64,000 bases of DNA, taken from assembly GCA_030538705.1 (NCBI GenBank), contig JAUNTL010000004.1:72-64071 (forward strand), in the 5' to 3' direction. Below are positions 20,498-36,104 of this stretch, piece by piece. Position 1 is the stretch's first letter; every line of letters begins with the position of its first letter. Both the position numbers and the translations under genes were made by a program. The DNA is from Paracoccus sp. (in: a-proteobacteria). Its GTDB lineage: Bacteria; Pseudomonadota; Alphaproteobacteria; Rhodobacterales; Rhodobacteraceae. The notes beneath the pieces were generated by a model. It saw only the letters and a program-made list of their open reading frames with translations. It was not told the DNA's origin and searched no databases.

Positions 20498-20524
20498 CGG
20501 GGCAGGCAAATCTGCGAGACCCCT

Positions 20525-24384
<3,860 letters not shown>

Positions 24385-24388
<4 letters not shown>

Positions 24389-25053
24389 CGCTGTATCTCT
24401 CGCGGCTGCGCCTGTCGCAGCGCCCCGATGTCAAGGCGCTGAATGTGCTGCTGGACCCTCACCCTACGGGGGCGCGGCAGGATGCGCATCACCGGCTGAT
24501 CTGGGCCGCTTTCGCGGGCGATCCCGACGCGCAGCGTGATTTTCTTTGGCGCGACGAGGGGAACGGGCGCTTTATGGTCCTGTCCGCACGTCCGCCCGCC
24601 GATAGCCCCCTGTTCGAGCCGCCCGAGGTCAAGCCCTTTGCCCCCGATCTCGCCCCCGGCGACCACCTGCGCTTTGCGCTGCGCGTCAATGCGACGCGGG
24701 CGAAAAAGGGCGTCGGGCGCGTGGATGTGGTGATGGATGCGCTGCATGCGGTGCCCAAGGGCGAGCGGGCCGAGACGCGCATGGCCGCAGCCCAGTCTGC
24801 GGCGCGGGGCTGGATGGCGGCGCAGGGTGCGCGGCACGGCTTTTCACTCGACGCTCTGGCCGCAGATGACTATTCGGTCATCGCCCTGCCGTCGCATCGC
24901 GGCAAGCGGGCCGGTCAGCCGCAATTCGGCATCCTCGACCTCACCGGTATGCTGACCGTGACCGACCCTGCCGCCTTTCTGACCCGTCTGGCCGCAGGGT
25001 TCGGGCGGGCCAAAGCGTTCGGCTGCGGGTTGATGCTGATCCGCCGGGGCTAG
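24385..25053 (+). CDS. cas6e: Type I-E Cas6/Cse3/CasE
   Basis: YLSRL, HHRLIW, FALRVNAT, C-terminal GFGRAKAFGCGLM loop. Confidence 0.95.
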
Positions 25054-25056
25054 GGC

Positions 25057-26257
<1,201 letters not shown>

Positions 26258-26324
26258 CCCGAAGAAATTCGGTGCGCTGTTTGACATCGTGATTTTGCTG
26301 GTAGATCAATAGCCTGCAACAAGA
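26258..26324 (+). promoter_or_regulatory. CRISPR leader
   Basis: AT-richer 67-bp stretch before the first repeat, with TTGACA (26281) and an IHF-like GATCAAtagcCTG (26304-26316). Confidence 0.7.
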
Positions 26325-29300
26325 CTGTTCCCCGCACCCGCGGGGATGAGCCGGATCTCGACCGGGGCCGTGCGCGGATCGTAACCTGTTCCCCGCACCC
26401 GCGGGGATGAGCCGGTGCCGGGGCGGAAAACTTCGATACGTGCTTTCTGTTCCCCGCACCCGCGGGGATGAGCCGTTTCGGTCCATTTCGTGATCGAGAT
26501 TGACGGCCTGTTCCCCGCACCCGCGGGGATGAGCCGGACCAGGCTGATTTCTTTTCCAAGGGCCTGAGCTGTTCCCCGCACCCGCGGGGATGAGCCGGTC
26601 ATGGGCCGGGTCAGTGAAATGGCGCGGCGCTGTTCCCCGCACCCGCGGGGATGAGCCGCCGCCCAGCGCGGCCCATTCTTTTTTCGTGATCTGTTCCCCG
26701 CACCCGCGGGGATGAGCCGGGCCGAGAGCGGTTGCAGTCACATATGACAATCTGTTCCCCGCACCCGCGGGGATGAGCCGACGCCCGAATTGCACGCTCG
26801 CGAAATTTATTGCTGTTCCCCGCACCCGCGGGGATGAGCCGGCCATCGCGGCCTTGATCAGTTCGGCAAGGCTCTGTTCCCCGCACCCGCGGGGATGAGC
26901 CGCGTTAAATCCATGAAGGGGAAGTGTGGTCCAGCTGTTCCCCGCACCCGCGGGGATGAGCCGGAAAATCCCTTGCCGATGCAGTCGAGGATATCCTGTT
27001 CCCCGCACCCGCGGGGATGAGCCGGCGATCCAGACCTTCCGCATCCGCTTCGCATCCTGTTCCCCGCACCCGCGGGGATGAGCCGGCGATGTGCTTGCCC
27101 CAAGCGCGGTTCAGCGCCTGTTCCCCGCACCCGCGGGGATGAGCCGCCGAGATCGCGCAGCACGTCTCTGCGGCTTACCTGTTCCCCGCACCCGCGGGGA
27201 TGAGCCGAGATCACGACCGATTCGAAACTGACCGGCTCGCTGTTCCCCGCACCCGCGGGGATGAGCCGATCATAGTTATGCGTGTTCAGCTTTTCACGCT
27301 CTGTTCCCCGCACCCGCGGGGATGAGCCGCTTGGCGTGTTGACCGTGGTGGCCACAAGGATCTGTTCCCCGCACCCGCGGGGATGAGCCGGTCCAGCGGG
27401 GACAACGCCAGAAAGTCAAACCCTGTTCCCCGCACCCGCGGGGATGAGCCGAACATTGAGTTCATCCAATACTTCCAGAATACCTGTTCCCCGCACCCGC
27501 GGGGATGAGCCGCATTTCCGCCCAAATCCGAAAATTCGGCCTCACTGTTCCCCGCACCCGCGGGGATGAGCCGTTACTCTGTCGCCCAGCAGTGCGGCAG
27601 TCCACCTGTTCCCCGCACCCGCGGGGATGAGCCGGCAGTAATCGGCCAGACGATGACCACAGATGACTGTTCCCCGCACCCGCGGGGATGAGCCGCCGCA
27701 TGTCGTTTTCTTTCTTGTGGAAGAAAACTGTTCCCCGCACCCGCGGGGATGAGCCGGCATCGGGACCGCGCGCCTTCAGGTTGTCCAGCTGTTCCCCGCA
27801 CCCGCGGGGATGAGCCGAATTCATCATTCATGAACACGCGGTCGGATTTCTGTTCCCCGCACCCGCGGGGATGAGCCGTCTTTTTCCTCGACCGGGCGCT
27901 TGTGCCGGTCCTGTTCCCCGCACCCGCGGGGATGAGCCGCCGTTGTCCGGCGTCACCGTCAGCACCAATTTCTGTTCCCCGCACCCGCGGGGATGAGCCG
28001 TAATCTCAGACCAAATATCTTCTTCGATATAGCTGTTCCCCGCACCCGCGGGGATGAGCCGTTCAAAAAACTGGCTCCAAAGACAAAAAAGTCCTGTTCC
28101 CCGCACCCGCGGGGATGAGCCGGCGGCGTCCGCGGTGTCATGTCTTGGCTTAGCCTGTTCCCCGCACCCGCGGGGATGAGCCGTCCTTCATCGACGCTGT
28201 GCATGGGCGGGCGGCGGGGCTGTTCCCCGCACCCGCGGGGATGAGCCGCCCGTGTGAGCGCCCCGCCGCCCGCCCGTGTGCTGTTCCCCGCACCCGCGGG
28301 GATGAGCCGGGCTCATTCAAGATCAAGATGCACGACAAGCTCTGTTCCCCGCACCCGCGGGGATGAGCCGCATCGCGAAGCTTCTCAGCCGCGTTGAACC
28401 CCCTGTTCCCCGCACCCGCGGGGATGAGCCGCTGCCCATCGACTACCGCATCTTTGGGCGGACCTGTTCCCCGCACCCGCGGGGATGAGCCGGTCATCTC
28501 GCGCTTCAGGTGGCGTTCGCCCTTCTGTTCCCCGCACCCGCGGGGATGAGCCGCCGAGACCCCGAAACAGGTCTCCCCGAACGACCTGTTCCCCGCACCC
28601 GCGGGGATGAGCCGAACGATTACGGCAGCAATTTCTTCGCGGGCGGCTGTTCCCCGCACCCGCGGGGATGAGCCGTCGCTTCTCCGCGAGCTTCATTGCC
28701 GAGGATGCTGTTCCCCGCACCCGCGGGGATGAGCCGCCCGATCTGTTCGGGGGCAACAAGAAAGAGGGCTGTTCCCCGCACCCGCGGGGATGAGCCGCTG
28801 GCCGTCATAGACAGCACCTCGCCGCGCAGCTGTTCCCCGCACCCGCGGGGATGAGCCGAGCAGGCAATCGACGGGGTGGCCGGTGCGCTTCTGTTCCCCG
28901 CACCCGCGGGGATGAGCCGGCACCGTGGCTCATGAGATCAGGGAACTGTCCCTGTTCCCCGCACCCGCGGGGATGAGCCGTCCACCTCCCCGTCGCCATG
29001 CCCCAGAACTTCCTGTTCCCCGCACCCGCGGGGATGAGCCGCCGTTAATTGGAATTTCATGACCACGGGGGCCCTGTTCCCCGCACCCGCGGGGATGAGC
29101 CGTATCGGAATGTGCTGGGCGGGCCGTCGCGCTTCTGTTCCCCGCACCCGCGGGGATGAGCCGGTTTTCGTCCAGATGGTCCAGATCGGTGTTATCTGTT
29201 CCCCGCACCCGCGGGGATGAGCCGTCGTCGCGCTGATGCACTCGGAACTTTCCGAGCTGCTCCCCGCACCCGCGGGGATGAGCCGCCCGCAACCAATGTC

Positions 29301-30686
29301 AGCTTTGACGTGCAGATCTGTTCCCCGCACCCGCGGGGATGAGCCGAACAAACCATGCCCCTGCTCATTGCCGAACGGCTGTTCCCCGCACCCGCGGGGA
29401 TGAGCCGGTCGGGTTCTTCGACATCGTGGGCGCACGCCTCTGTTCCCCGCACCCGCGGGGATGAGCCGGACCTGTCGGACGCGCGCTATGTCACCCGGTC
29501 CTGTTCCCCGCACCCGCGGGGATGAGCCGAAAATCAATAAACCCGCTACGTGGCGCGGGCGCTGTTCCCCGCACCCGCGGGGATGAGCCGGCGATCTCGG
29601 ACGATAACCCCTTTACCGAGGCCTGTTCCCCGCACCCGCGGGGATGAGCCGGTCGCGGCGGCAGCGGCCAGATCGGAGGATTTCTGTTCCCCGCACCCGC
29701 GGGGATGAGCCGATGGACCACAGGGCTTCTCGCTCGGCTGACAGCTGTTCCCCGCACCCGCGGGGATGAGCCGGGATCGTCTTCTCGATTGACAGCGGCG
29801 GCGGCCTGTTCCCCGCACCCGCGGGGATGAGCCGAGAAACGGATCAGTTTTCAGGCGTTCAAGGACCTGTTCCCCGCACCCGCGGGGATGAGCCGGCGCA
29901 TCATCCGCGCAACCTCATCAGACGGCCCTGTTCCCCGCACCCGCGGGGATGAGCCGGCGATTAAAAGCCGCTGGAAGCGGCTAATTGGCTGTTCCCCGCA
30001 CCCGCGGGGATGAGCCGCCGACGCGGCCACGGCGGATTTCGGCGTCCACCTGTTCCCCGCGTGTGCGGGGATGAGCCGGCGACCGACCCGTGCGTCGGGC
30101 GTGTTGAACGCTGTTCCCCGCGTGTGCGGGGATGAGCCGCGTAATGCGTGTCGCGCTCCTCCATCTCCTCGCTGTTCCCCGCGTGTGCGGGGATGAGCCG
30201 TGGGGCGGTGCAGTCTGTGGCAATTCAACGTCCTGTTCCCCGCGTGTGCGGGGATGAGCCGGATCGCTTCGGTATCAACCTGCGCTCCGGGCTCTGTTCC
30301 CCGCATGTGCGGGGATGAACCGCCCAATCTGGAAATAGTAAAATCAAGGAGTAGCTGTTCCCCGCGTGTGCGGGGGTGAACCGTCCGGGCTTTCCATTAC
30401 AGCCCGAATTACCCCCTGCTCCCCGCGTGTGCGGGGATGAACCGATGCTCGTGATCGTTCCATGGACACATCCGCACTGTTCCCCGCGTGTGCGGGGATG
30501 AGCCGCATCAGTGGTTTCGAGCTCAATCTTGATGATGCTGTTCCCCGCGTGTGCGGGGATGAACCGCGGGCCGTCTGACGTGGCCACTCCGTGCTGGGCT
30601 GTTCCCCGCGTGTGCGGGGATGAACCGGCTGGCGGATGCACAGCGAGCTTGAGGCGCCGCTGTTCCCCACCCGCAGGGATGAACCG
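26325..30686 (+). CRISPR. Type I-E CRISPR array, 72 repeats / 71 spacers
   Basis: Repeat CTGTTCCCCGCACCCGCGGGGATGAGCCG (29 nt) with a 61-bp period and one 65-bp unit (28155-28219). GTGT-loop variants from 30050. Degenerate 27-nt terminal repeat at 30660. Confidence 0.99.
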
Positions 30687-30960
30687 CCTGATCGCTGACC
30701 CACTTGGCGGGGCCGGGGTGGCGGCGTGTATAGGCGAGGCGGCCGGATGTAGAGCCGCAGGACCATCGGACATTTGCGGGTGCGGCAGACTATATGCCGG
30801 AGGGTGGCATAGAACTGCCTAAACCGGGACATCTGATGGTGACAGTGCGTCTGCGTGACAACGGGATCACCACCCTTATGTGGCGTGACGATCTGGCCGG
30901 CGGCCATGGCGTGGTGCCTGCGTATGATGTGATTAAATCGTTCTGCATGAGGATGTTACA

Positions 30961-31323
30961 ATGGCCTTTCGGCTGAGACGCGATTAGGTGATCCGCTATG
31001 ACGTGCCGCTGATTGAGTTCGACATGAACCGTTACGACACGCTGCATGACGACAGTTTTGATCTTGATCGCGACGGGCTTCTGAAACGGCGATCGGCCTG
31101 TGAGCTGGTTCGCGAGCAGCCATCCCCCAGCCAGCGCGCCGAGCTGGACATGATCGACGCCCATTGGCGCAGCCATCTGGCGGCGTTTGATTACGCCTTT
31201 GGGGTGATGCATCAATTTAGTCGGAAAACAGACCTTGCGGGCGATATGACCGGCGCGGGTGGCAACACCCCTGCTATCCCGCGATCTCAGTGGTGGTGGC
31301 CGATTGGGGGTGCAAAAGAATAG
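30961..31323 (+). pseudogene. Hypothetical protein, possibly interrupted by an in-frame TAG at codon 9
   Basis: GAGG RBS and ATG at 30961 read MAFRLRRD*, in frame with the 111-aa ORF 30988-31323 ending PAIPRSQWWWPIGGAKE. Confidence 0.4.
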
Positions 31324-31513
31324 CGCTGGATCGGATCAGCGAAGGCAGCAAGCGATAAAGATCAAAGCTCTGCTATCTGCCGTTGGATCCTTTTTCGCCG
31401 TGACAGTCCTGTCGGTCGCCCCTCTGGAACGTCCAATGCCCCCCGCGCCAGCCTGAAACGACCCCGTATTACCGGCAGCATTCTCTGGCGGGGACGGCCC
31501 TGCATATCGCATG

Positions 31514-31540
31514 AAAAAGGGGGCCGGCCGGCCCCCTTTA
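31514..31540. terminator. Bidirectional intrinsic terminator
   Basis: AAAAAGGGGGCC-GGCC-GGCCCCCTTT downstream of the converging ABC operon. Confidence 0.75.
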
Positions 31541-31559
31541 TGGGCTGGATCCGGCCTTG

Positions 31560-32522
31560 TCAGAACGGGCTGTCGGGGAAATAATATTGTTCGGCATTCT
31601 CCGGCGTGATGAGCTGGCTGCTGATGATATAGCGGCCCGACATCGGCGCGTTCGATACAAAGCGCAGCGCCGTCATCTCGATCGCCGAGGAGATCAGCGC
31701 CGGCGGATAGGTGACATTGACCGGCAGCTGCGGGTCGCTGTTCATGATCCTCTGAACGATTTCCTTCATGCCGGCGCCGCCGACAACGACCATCTCGTCC
31801 TGGCGGCCGGATTGGGCGATTGCCTCAAGCACGCCGATGGCCATATCGTCATCAGCCGCCCATACAGCATTGATTTCCGGATATTTCGCCAGATAATCCT
31901 GCATCACGCGAAAGGCGTCGTCACGGTTCCAGTTGCCGTGCTGCATATCGAGGATCTCTTTATCCGACCCTTCCAGCGCGGCCTGAAACGCCTCGACGCG
32001 CTCGTTGTCCAGCGTTGTCGGAATGCCGCGCAGCACGACGATCTTGCCGCCGGCATCAATGTTATCGCGGAAATATTCGCCCGCGACACGGCCAAAGGCA
32101 GAGTTATCGCCGGCCACATACAGATCCTCGATGCCCTCTTCGGACAGGCCGCGGTCAACCACGGTCACGAATTTGCCGGCGGCCTTGACCTGCTTGACCG
32201 GGTCGGTCAGCGGCTCGGATTCAAAGGGCAGCACGACCAGACCGTCGATATTGCGGGTGGCCAGCATATCCTCGATATCTGCGACCTGGCGGCCGACATC
32301 GGGGGCGGTGGACAGCACGAATTCCAGATTGGGATAGGTCTCGCGCAGCCGCGTGATCGTGTCCTGCGCGTGCCAGTTCAGCCCGCCCATAAAGCCGTGG
32401 GTCGCCGAGGGGATCGACACGCCGATCACCTTGCGCTCGACATCCTGTGCGACAGCAGCCCCGGTCACAAGCGACAGGGCGGCAGCGGCCAGCGGCAGTT
32501 TCAGCAGATAGCGACGTTTCAT
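31560..32522 (-). CDS. Sugar ABC transporter substrate-binding protein (RbsB-like)
   Basis: Signal peptide, VVDR, GDN, WNRDDA, DDMAIG. Confidence 0.9.
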   Translation of the reverse strand: MKRRYLLKLPLAAAALSLVTGAAVAQDVERKVIGVSIPSATHGFMGGLNWHAQDTITRLRETYPNLEFVLSTAPDVGRQVADIEDMLATRNIDGLVVLPFESEPLTDPVKQVKAAGKFVTVVDRGLSEEGIEDLYVAGDNSAFGRVAGEYFRDNIDAGGKIVVLRGIPTTLDNERVEAFQAALEGSDKEILDMQHGNWNRDDAFRVMQDYLAKYPEINAVWAADDDMAIGVLEAIAQSGRQDEMVVVGGAGMKEIVQRIMNSDPQLPVNVTYPPALISSAIEMTALRFVSNAPMSGRYIISSQLITPENAEQYYFPDSPF

Positions 32523-32539
32523 TTCATCTCCTCCGAAGA

Positions 32540-33511
32540 TCACCGCTCCTCTGCGGTGCGTTTGTCCCGCTGCAAGACGACAGCAAGCACGATGATGACG
32601 CCCTGAATCGCCCCGTTCAGATAGGGGCTGACCAGATCCGCCAGATTAAGGATATTTCCGATAAGGCTGAGGATCAGCACACCGACCACGGTGCCCCAGA
32701 CCCGCCCCGTCCCACCCTTGAGCGAGGTGCCCCCGATGATGACGGCGGCGATTGCCTCCAGCTCCCACAGGGTGCCGGTCGAGCCGGAGGCAGAGCCGAG
32801 GCGGGGCACATAAAGGATCGTCGCGACCCCGACGAGAGCGCCCAGCAGGATATAGGTCGCCAGCCGCACACGCTCGACATCGACGGCGGAATAGCGCGCG
32901 ACCCGGTCATTCGATCCGATCGCCTCGACATGGCGGCCAAAGCGGGTGTGACGCATGACGAATTCGCCCGCCACCGCAACCACGGCGAAAAAGATGATCG
33001 GCCATGTGATCCAGCCAAAGCCGCCGTAATAGACCGGCCGGTAAAGCGCGCGCAGCCCGGAATCGAGGCTGATCGTGCCGCCATCGGCCAGCCATGTGAC
33101 CAGCGAGCGAAAGATCCCCATCGTGCCGAGTGTGACGATAAATGCCTCGATCCGGCCGCGCGTGATCAGCAACCCGTTCACAAGGCCGGCCATCACCCCG
33201 CAGCTCAGCGCGATCCCCATGCCCAGCATGACCGTGACCCAGTTCACCCCGGTAATCGGCGCCAGCCAGTTCATCGCCAGAATGGTCACCCCGGCCAGAA
33301 AGGCCGCCATCGAGCCGACCGACAGGTCAAGCCCGCCCTGGGTGATCACGAATGTCATCCCGACCGCGATCACCCCGATAAAGGCCGACCGCGCCAGCAC
33401 ATTCGACAGATTGGCCGGCGCCAGAAAGGCGGGGTTGAGCAGCGCACCCAGAATCACCAGCCCGATCAGGGCGATCAGCGGTCCCAAAAGATGCAGGTCG
33501 GGGCGTTTCAT
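32540..33511 (-). CDS. Sugar ABC transporter permease (RbsC-like)
   Basis: GGLDLSVG, AFIVTLG, ELEAIAAVIIGGTSLKGG. Confidence 0.92.
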   Translation of the reverse strand: MKRPDLHLLGPLIALIGLVILGALLNPAFLAPANLSNVLARSAFIGVIAVGMTFVITQGGLDLSVGSMAAFLAGVTILAMNWLAPITGVNWVTVMLGMGIALSCGVMAGLVNGLLITRGRIEAFIVTLGTMGIFRSLVTWLADGGTISLDSGLRALYRPVYYGGFGWITWPIIFFAVVAVAGEFVMRHTRFGRHVEAIGSNDRVARYSAVDVERVRLATYILLGALVGVATILYVPRLGSASGSTGTLWELEAIAAVIIGGTSLKGGTGRVWGTVVGVLILSLIGNILNLADLVSPYLNGAIQGVIIVLAVVLQRDKRTAEER

Positions 33512-35007
33512 GCCGGCTCCTTTTGCGCGGTCAGGCCCATGGCCAGATGCACGATGTTCTCTTCAGTGATTTCTTCGCCCGCCAGCTCGCCGGCGATAAG
33601 GCCGCCGCGCATGACCAGCACCCGGTCGGACAGGCCGATGACCTCGGGCAGTTCGGACGAGATGACGATGACGCCCCTGCCCTCGGCGGCCAGCTTGCGC
33701 ACAAAAACATAGATCTGCTGCTTTGTGCCGACATCAATGCCGCGCGTCGGCTCGTCGATGATGATGATCTCCGGCTCGGTCAGCATGGTCTTGGCCAGCA
33801 GCAGCTTTTGCTGATTGCCGCCCGACAGCTCGCCCGCCTTCATCGTCGCGGATGCGGCCCGGATATCAAAATCGCGCGTGGCCTGCGCCATGGCGGCGCC
33901 TTCGCGCCGGCGGTCGACGCGAAAGCCGAACCGGTCAAGTGCGGCCAGCGTCAGGTTTTCGGTCAGCGGCTTTTGCAGCAAAAGACCCGCTTCCTTGCGG
34001 TCCTCGGTCAGATAGGCGATGCCGGCGGCTGCGGCATCCCGGTTTGTGCGGATCGCGACCTCGGCGCCGCGAACGGTGATGCGTCCGCTTGACGCGCGCA
34101 GCCCGGCGATGGCCTCGGCCAGTTCTGTCCGGCCAGAGCCGACCAGCCCGGCGATGCCCAGCACTTCGCCACGGCGCAGACCCAGCGTCGCATCCCTGAC
34201 GCTGATCGTGCCGGGCACCCGCAGGGCGTCAATGCGCAAAAGCTCGTCAGAGGTCGCGGTCTGCTTGGGCGGATAGATGTCGTTGAGTTCGCGCCCGACC
34301 ATGGCGGTCGCCATACCCTCTTCGGTCAGCTCGCCGCGCAAGGCGCGGTGAACGACACTGCCGTCACGCAGAACGGTAATGCGGTCGGCCAGCCGGGCGA
34401 CCTCGTCCAGCCGGTGCGAGCAGAACATCAGCGCCACCCCCTCGGCCCGCAGACGGTCAACCTGCGCATAAAGCGCCTCGACCTCGCGATGGGTCAGGGC
34501 GGCCGACGGCTCGTCCATGATCAGAACACGGGCCTCGCGCGACAGGGCCTTGGCAATTTCGACCATCTGGCGGTCGGGAACCGAAAGATCGCGGATGCGC
34601 GTATCCGGGCTGATCCGCGTTTCCAGCCGCGACAGCAGCGCGGCCGCGGTCGCCCGCATCGTTGCATGATCCAGCCGCCCGGCACGGGTCAGTTCGCGGC
34701 CCAGAAAGATATTCGCGGCAACCGACAGATCGGGGGCGAGGTTGAACTCCTGATGGATCACCACGACGCCCAGGGCCTCGGCCTGCGGGCCGCTGCGATA
34801 GGGCGCGGCCCGGCCATCCAGCAGCACCTGCCCGGAAGTCGGCGCCAGAAACCCGCCGAGTATCTTCATGATCGTCGATTTTCCGGCCCCGTTCTCGCCG
34901 ATCAGCGCATGGACCTCGCCGCCATGAAGCGCCAGATCGACGCCGTGCAACACCTCGACCGGGCCAAAGGATCTGGTGACGTTTTCCAGCGCAAGAACGG
35001 GTGTCAT
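33508..35007 (-). CDS. Sugar ABC transporter ATP-binding protein (two ABC domains)
   Basis: GENGAGKST, DEPS, LSGGNQQK, DEPTRGIDVG. Confidence 0.93.
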   Translation of the reverse strand: MTPVLALENVTRSFGPVEVLHGVDLALHGGEVHALIGENGAGKSTIMKILGGFLAPTSGQVLLDGRAAPYRSGPQAEALGVVVIHQEFNLAPDLSVAANIFLGRELTRAGRLDHATMRATAAALLSRLETRISPDTRIRDLSVPDRQMVEIAKALSREARVLIMDEPSAALTHREVEALYAQVDRLRAEGVALMFCSHRLDEVARLADRITVLRDGSVVHRALRGELTEEGMATAMVGRELNDIYPPKQTATSDELLRIDALRVPGTISVRDATLGLRRGEVLGIAGLVGSGRTELAEAIAGLRASSGRITVRGAEVAIRTNRDAAAAGIAYLTEDRKEAGLLLQKPLTENLTLAALDRFGFRVDRRREGAAMAQATRDFDIRAASATMKAGELSGGNQQKLLLAKTMLTEPEIIIIDEPTRGIDVGTKQQIYVFVRKLAAEGRGVIVISSELPEVIGLSDRVLVMRGGLIAGELAGEEITEENIVHLAMGLTAQKEPA

Positions 35008-36104
35008 GGGCGGACCTCGATCCATGCGCCATCCTGCGCCGAGGACGCCTGCGCCGCCGCGATAAAGGCCATCCCGGACAGGCCCGCCTCCAGCCCCGGA
35101 ATGCGGTCGAGATGCGTCAGATCGCCCCGGATCACCTCGGCGATGTCGCGGTAGAGATTGGCAAACGCCTCCAGATAGCCCTCGGGGTGGCCGGGTGGCG
35201 TGCGCCCCGAGGCCGAACGATCCCGTGCCCGCGTCATGATGTGCCGGGTTCCGTCGGGGCTGGTCAGCGCCAGATATTCAGGATCCTGCAAACGCCATTC
35301 CAGCGCGCCGGCGGTGCCGAAAAGCCGCAGCGAAAGCCCGCCCTCCTGCCCGAGGGCGACCTGGCTGACCCACAGCCCGCCCTTTGCGCCCGACGCATAG
35401 CGCAGCGCGATGCGCGCATCGTCATCCACCCGGCGCCCCGCGACCATGCTCGACAGCTCGGCCGACAGCCGGGACGGGGTCTCGCCGGTGACGAATTCGG
35501 CCAGCTGCCAGGCATGGGTGCCGATATCACCGATCGCGCCGGCACCCGAGCGCGCGGGATCTGTGCGCCAGTCGGCCTGTTTGTTGCGGATATCCTCGGC
35601 CAGCCAGCCTTGCAGATACTCGGCCTGAACCAGCCGCAGCCGGCCGATCCCGCCCTCGGCCACAATGGCGCGGGCCTCGCGGATCATGGGATGGGCACAA
35701 TAGTTATGGGTCAGAAAGAACCGCGCCGCGCTGCGCGCCACGGTATCGGCCAGATCGCGGGCCTGTTGCGGCGTCGCGGTCATCGGCTTGTCGCAGATCA
35801 CATGAATGCCGGCGTCCAGAAATGCCTGCGCCACCGGCGCGTGCAGATGGTTGGGCGTGACAATGGCAACCGCGCGGATCCCGTCGGGGCGCGCGGCCTC
35901 TTGCGTGGCCATGCGGCGATAATCGTCATAGCTGCGCGCGATCCCCAGCCCGCGCGCCGAGGCGGCAGCGCGGTCGGCATCCGATGACAGCGCCCCCGCG
36001 ACCAGCCGGAACTGGCCGTCCATACGCGCGGCGATGCGATGGATCGCCCCGATAAAGGCGCCCTCGCCACCGCCGACCATGCCAAGCGGGACCGGCGCGC
36101 TCAT
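35004..36104 (-). CDS. Gfo/Idh/MocA oxidoreductase
   Basis: GMVGGG, VTPNHLH, CDKP, GDIGTH, PPGHPEGY. Confidence 0.9.
   Translation of the reverse strand: MSAPVPLGMVGGGEGAFIGAIHRIAARMDGQFRLVAGALSSDADRAAASARGLGIARSYDDYRRMATQEAARPDGIRAVAIVTPNHLHAPVAQAFLDAGIHVICDKPMTATPQQARDLADTVARSAARFFLTHNYCAHPMIREARAIVAEGGIGRLRLVQAEYLQGWLAEDIRNKQADWRTDPARSGAGAIGDIGTHAWQLAEFVTGETPSRLSAELSSMVAGRRVDDDARIALRYASGAKGGLWVSQVALGQEGGLSLRLFGTAGALEWRLQDPEYLALTSPDGTRHIMTRARDRSASGRTPPGHPEGYLEAFANLYRDIAEVIRGDLTHLDRIPGLEAGLSGMAFIAAAQASSAQDGAWIEVRP

Noticed and set aside
19973-20509. 178-aa minus-strand ORF and a 36-codon plus-strand ORF (19980) as a possible CreT-like toxin
   Set aside because: The long ORF is translated repeat sequence. 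The short one has no convincing RBS or rare-codon signature.
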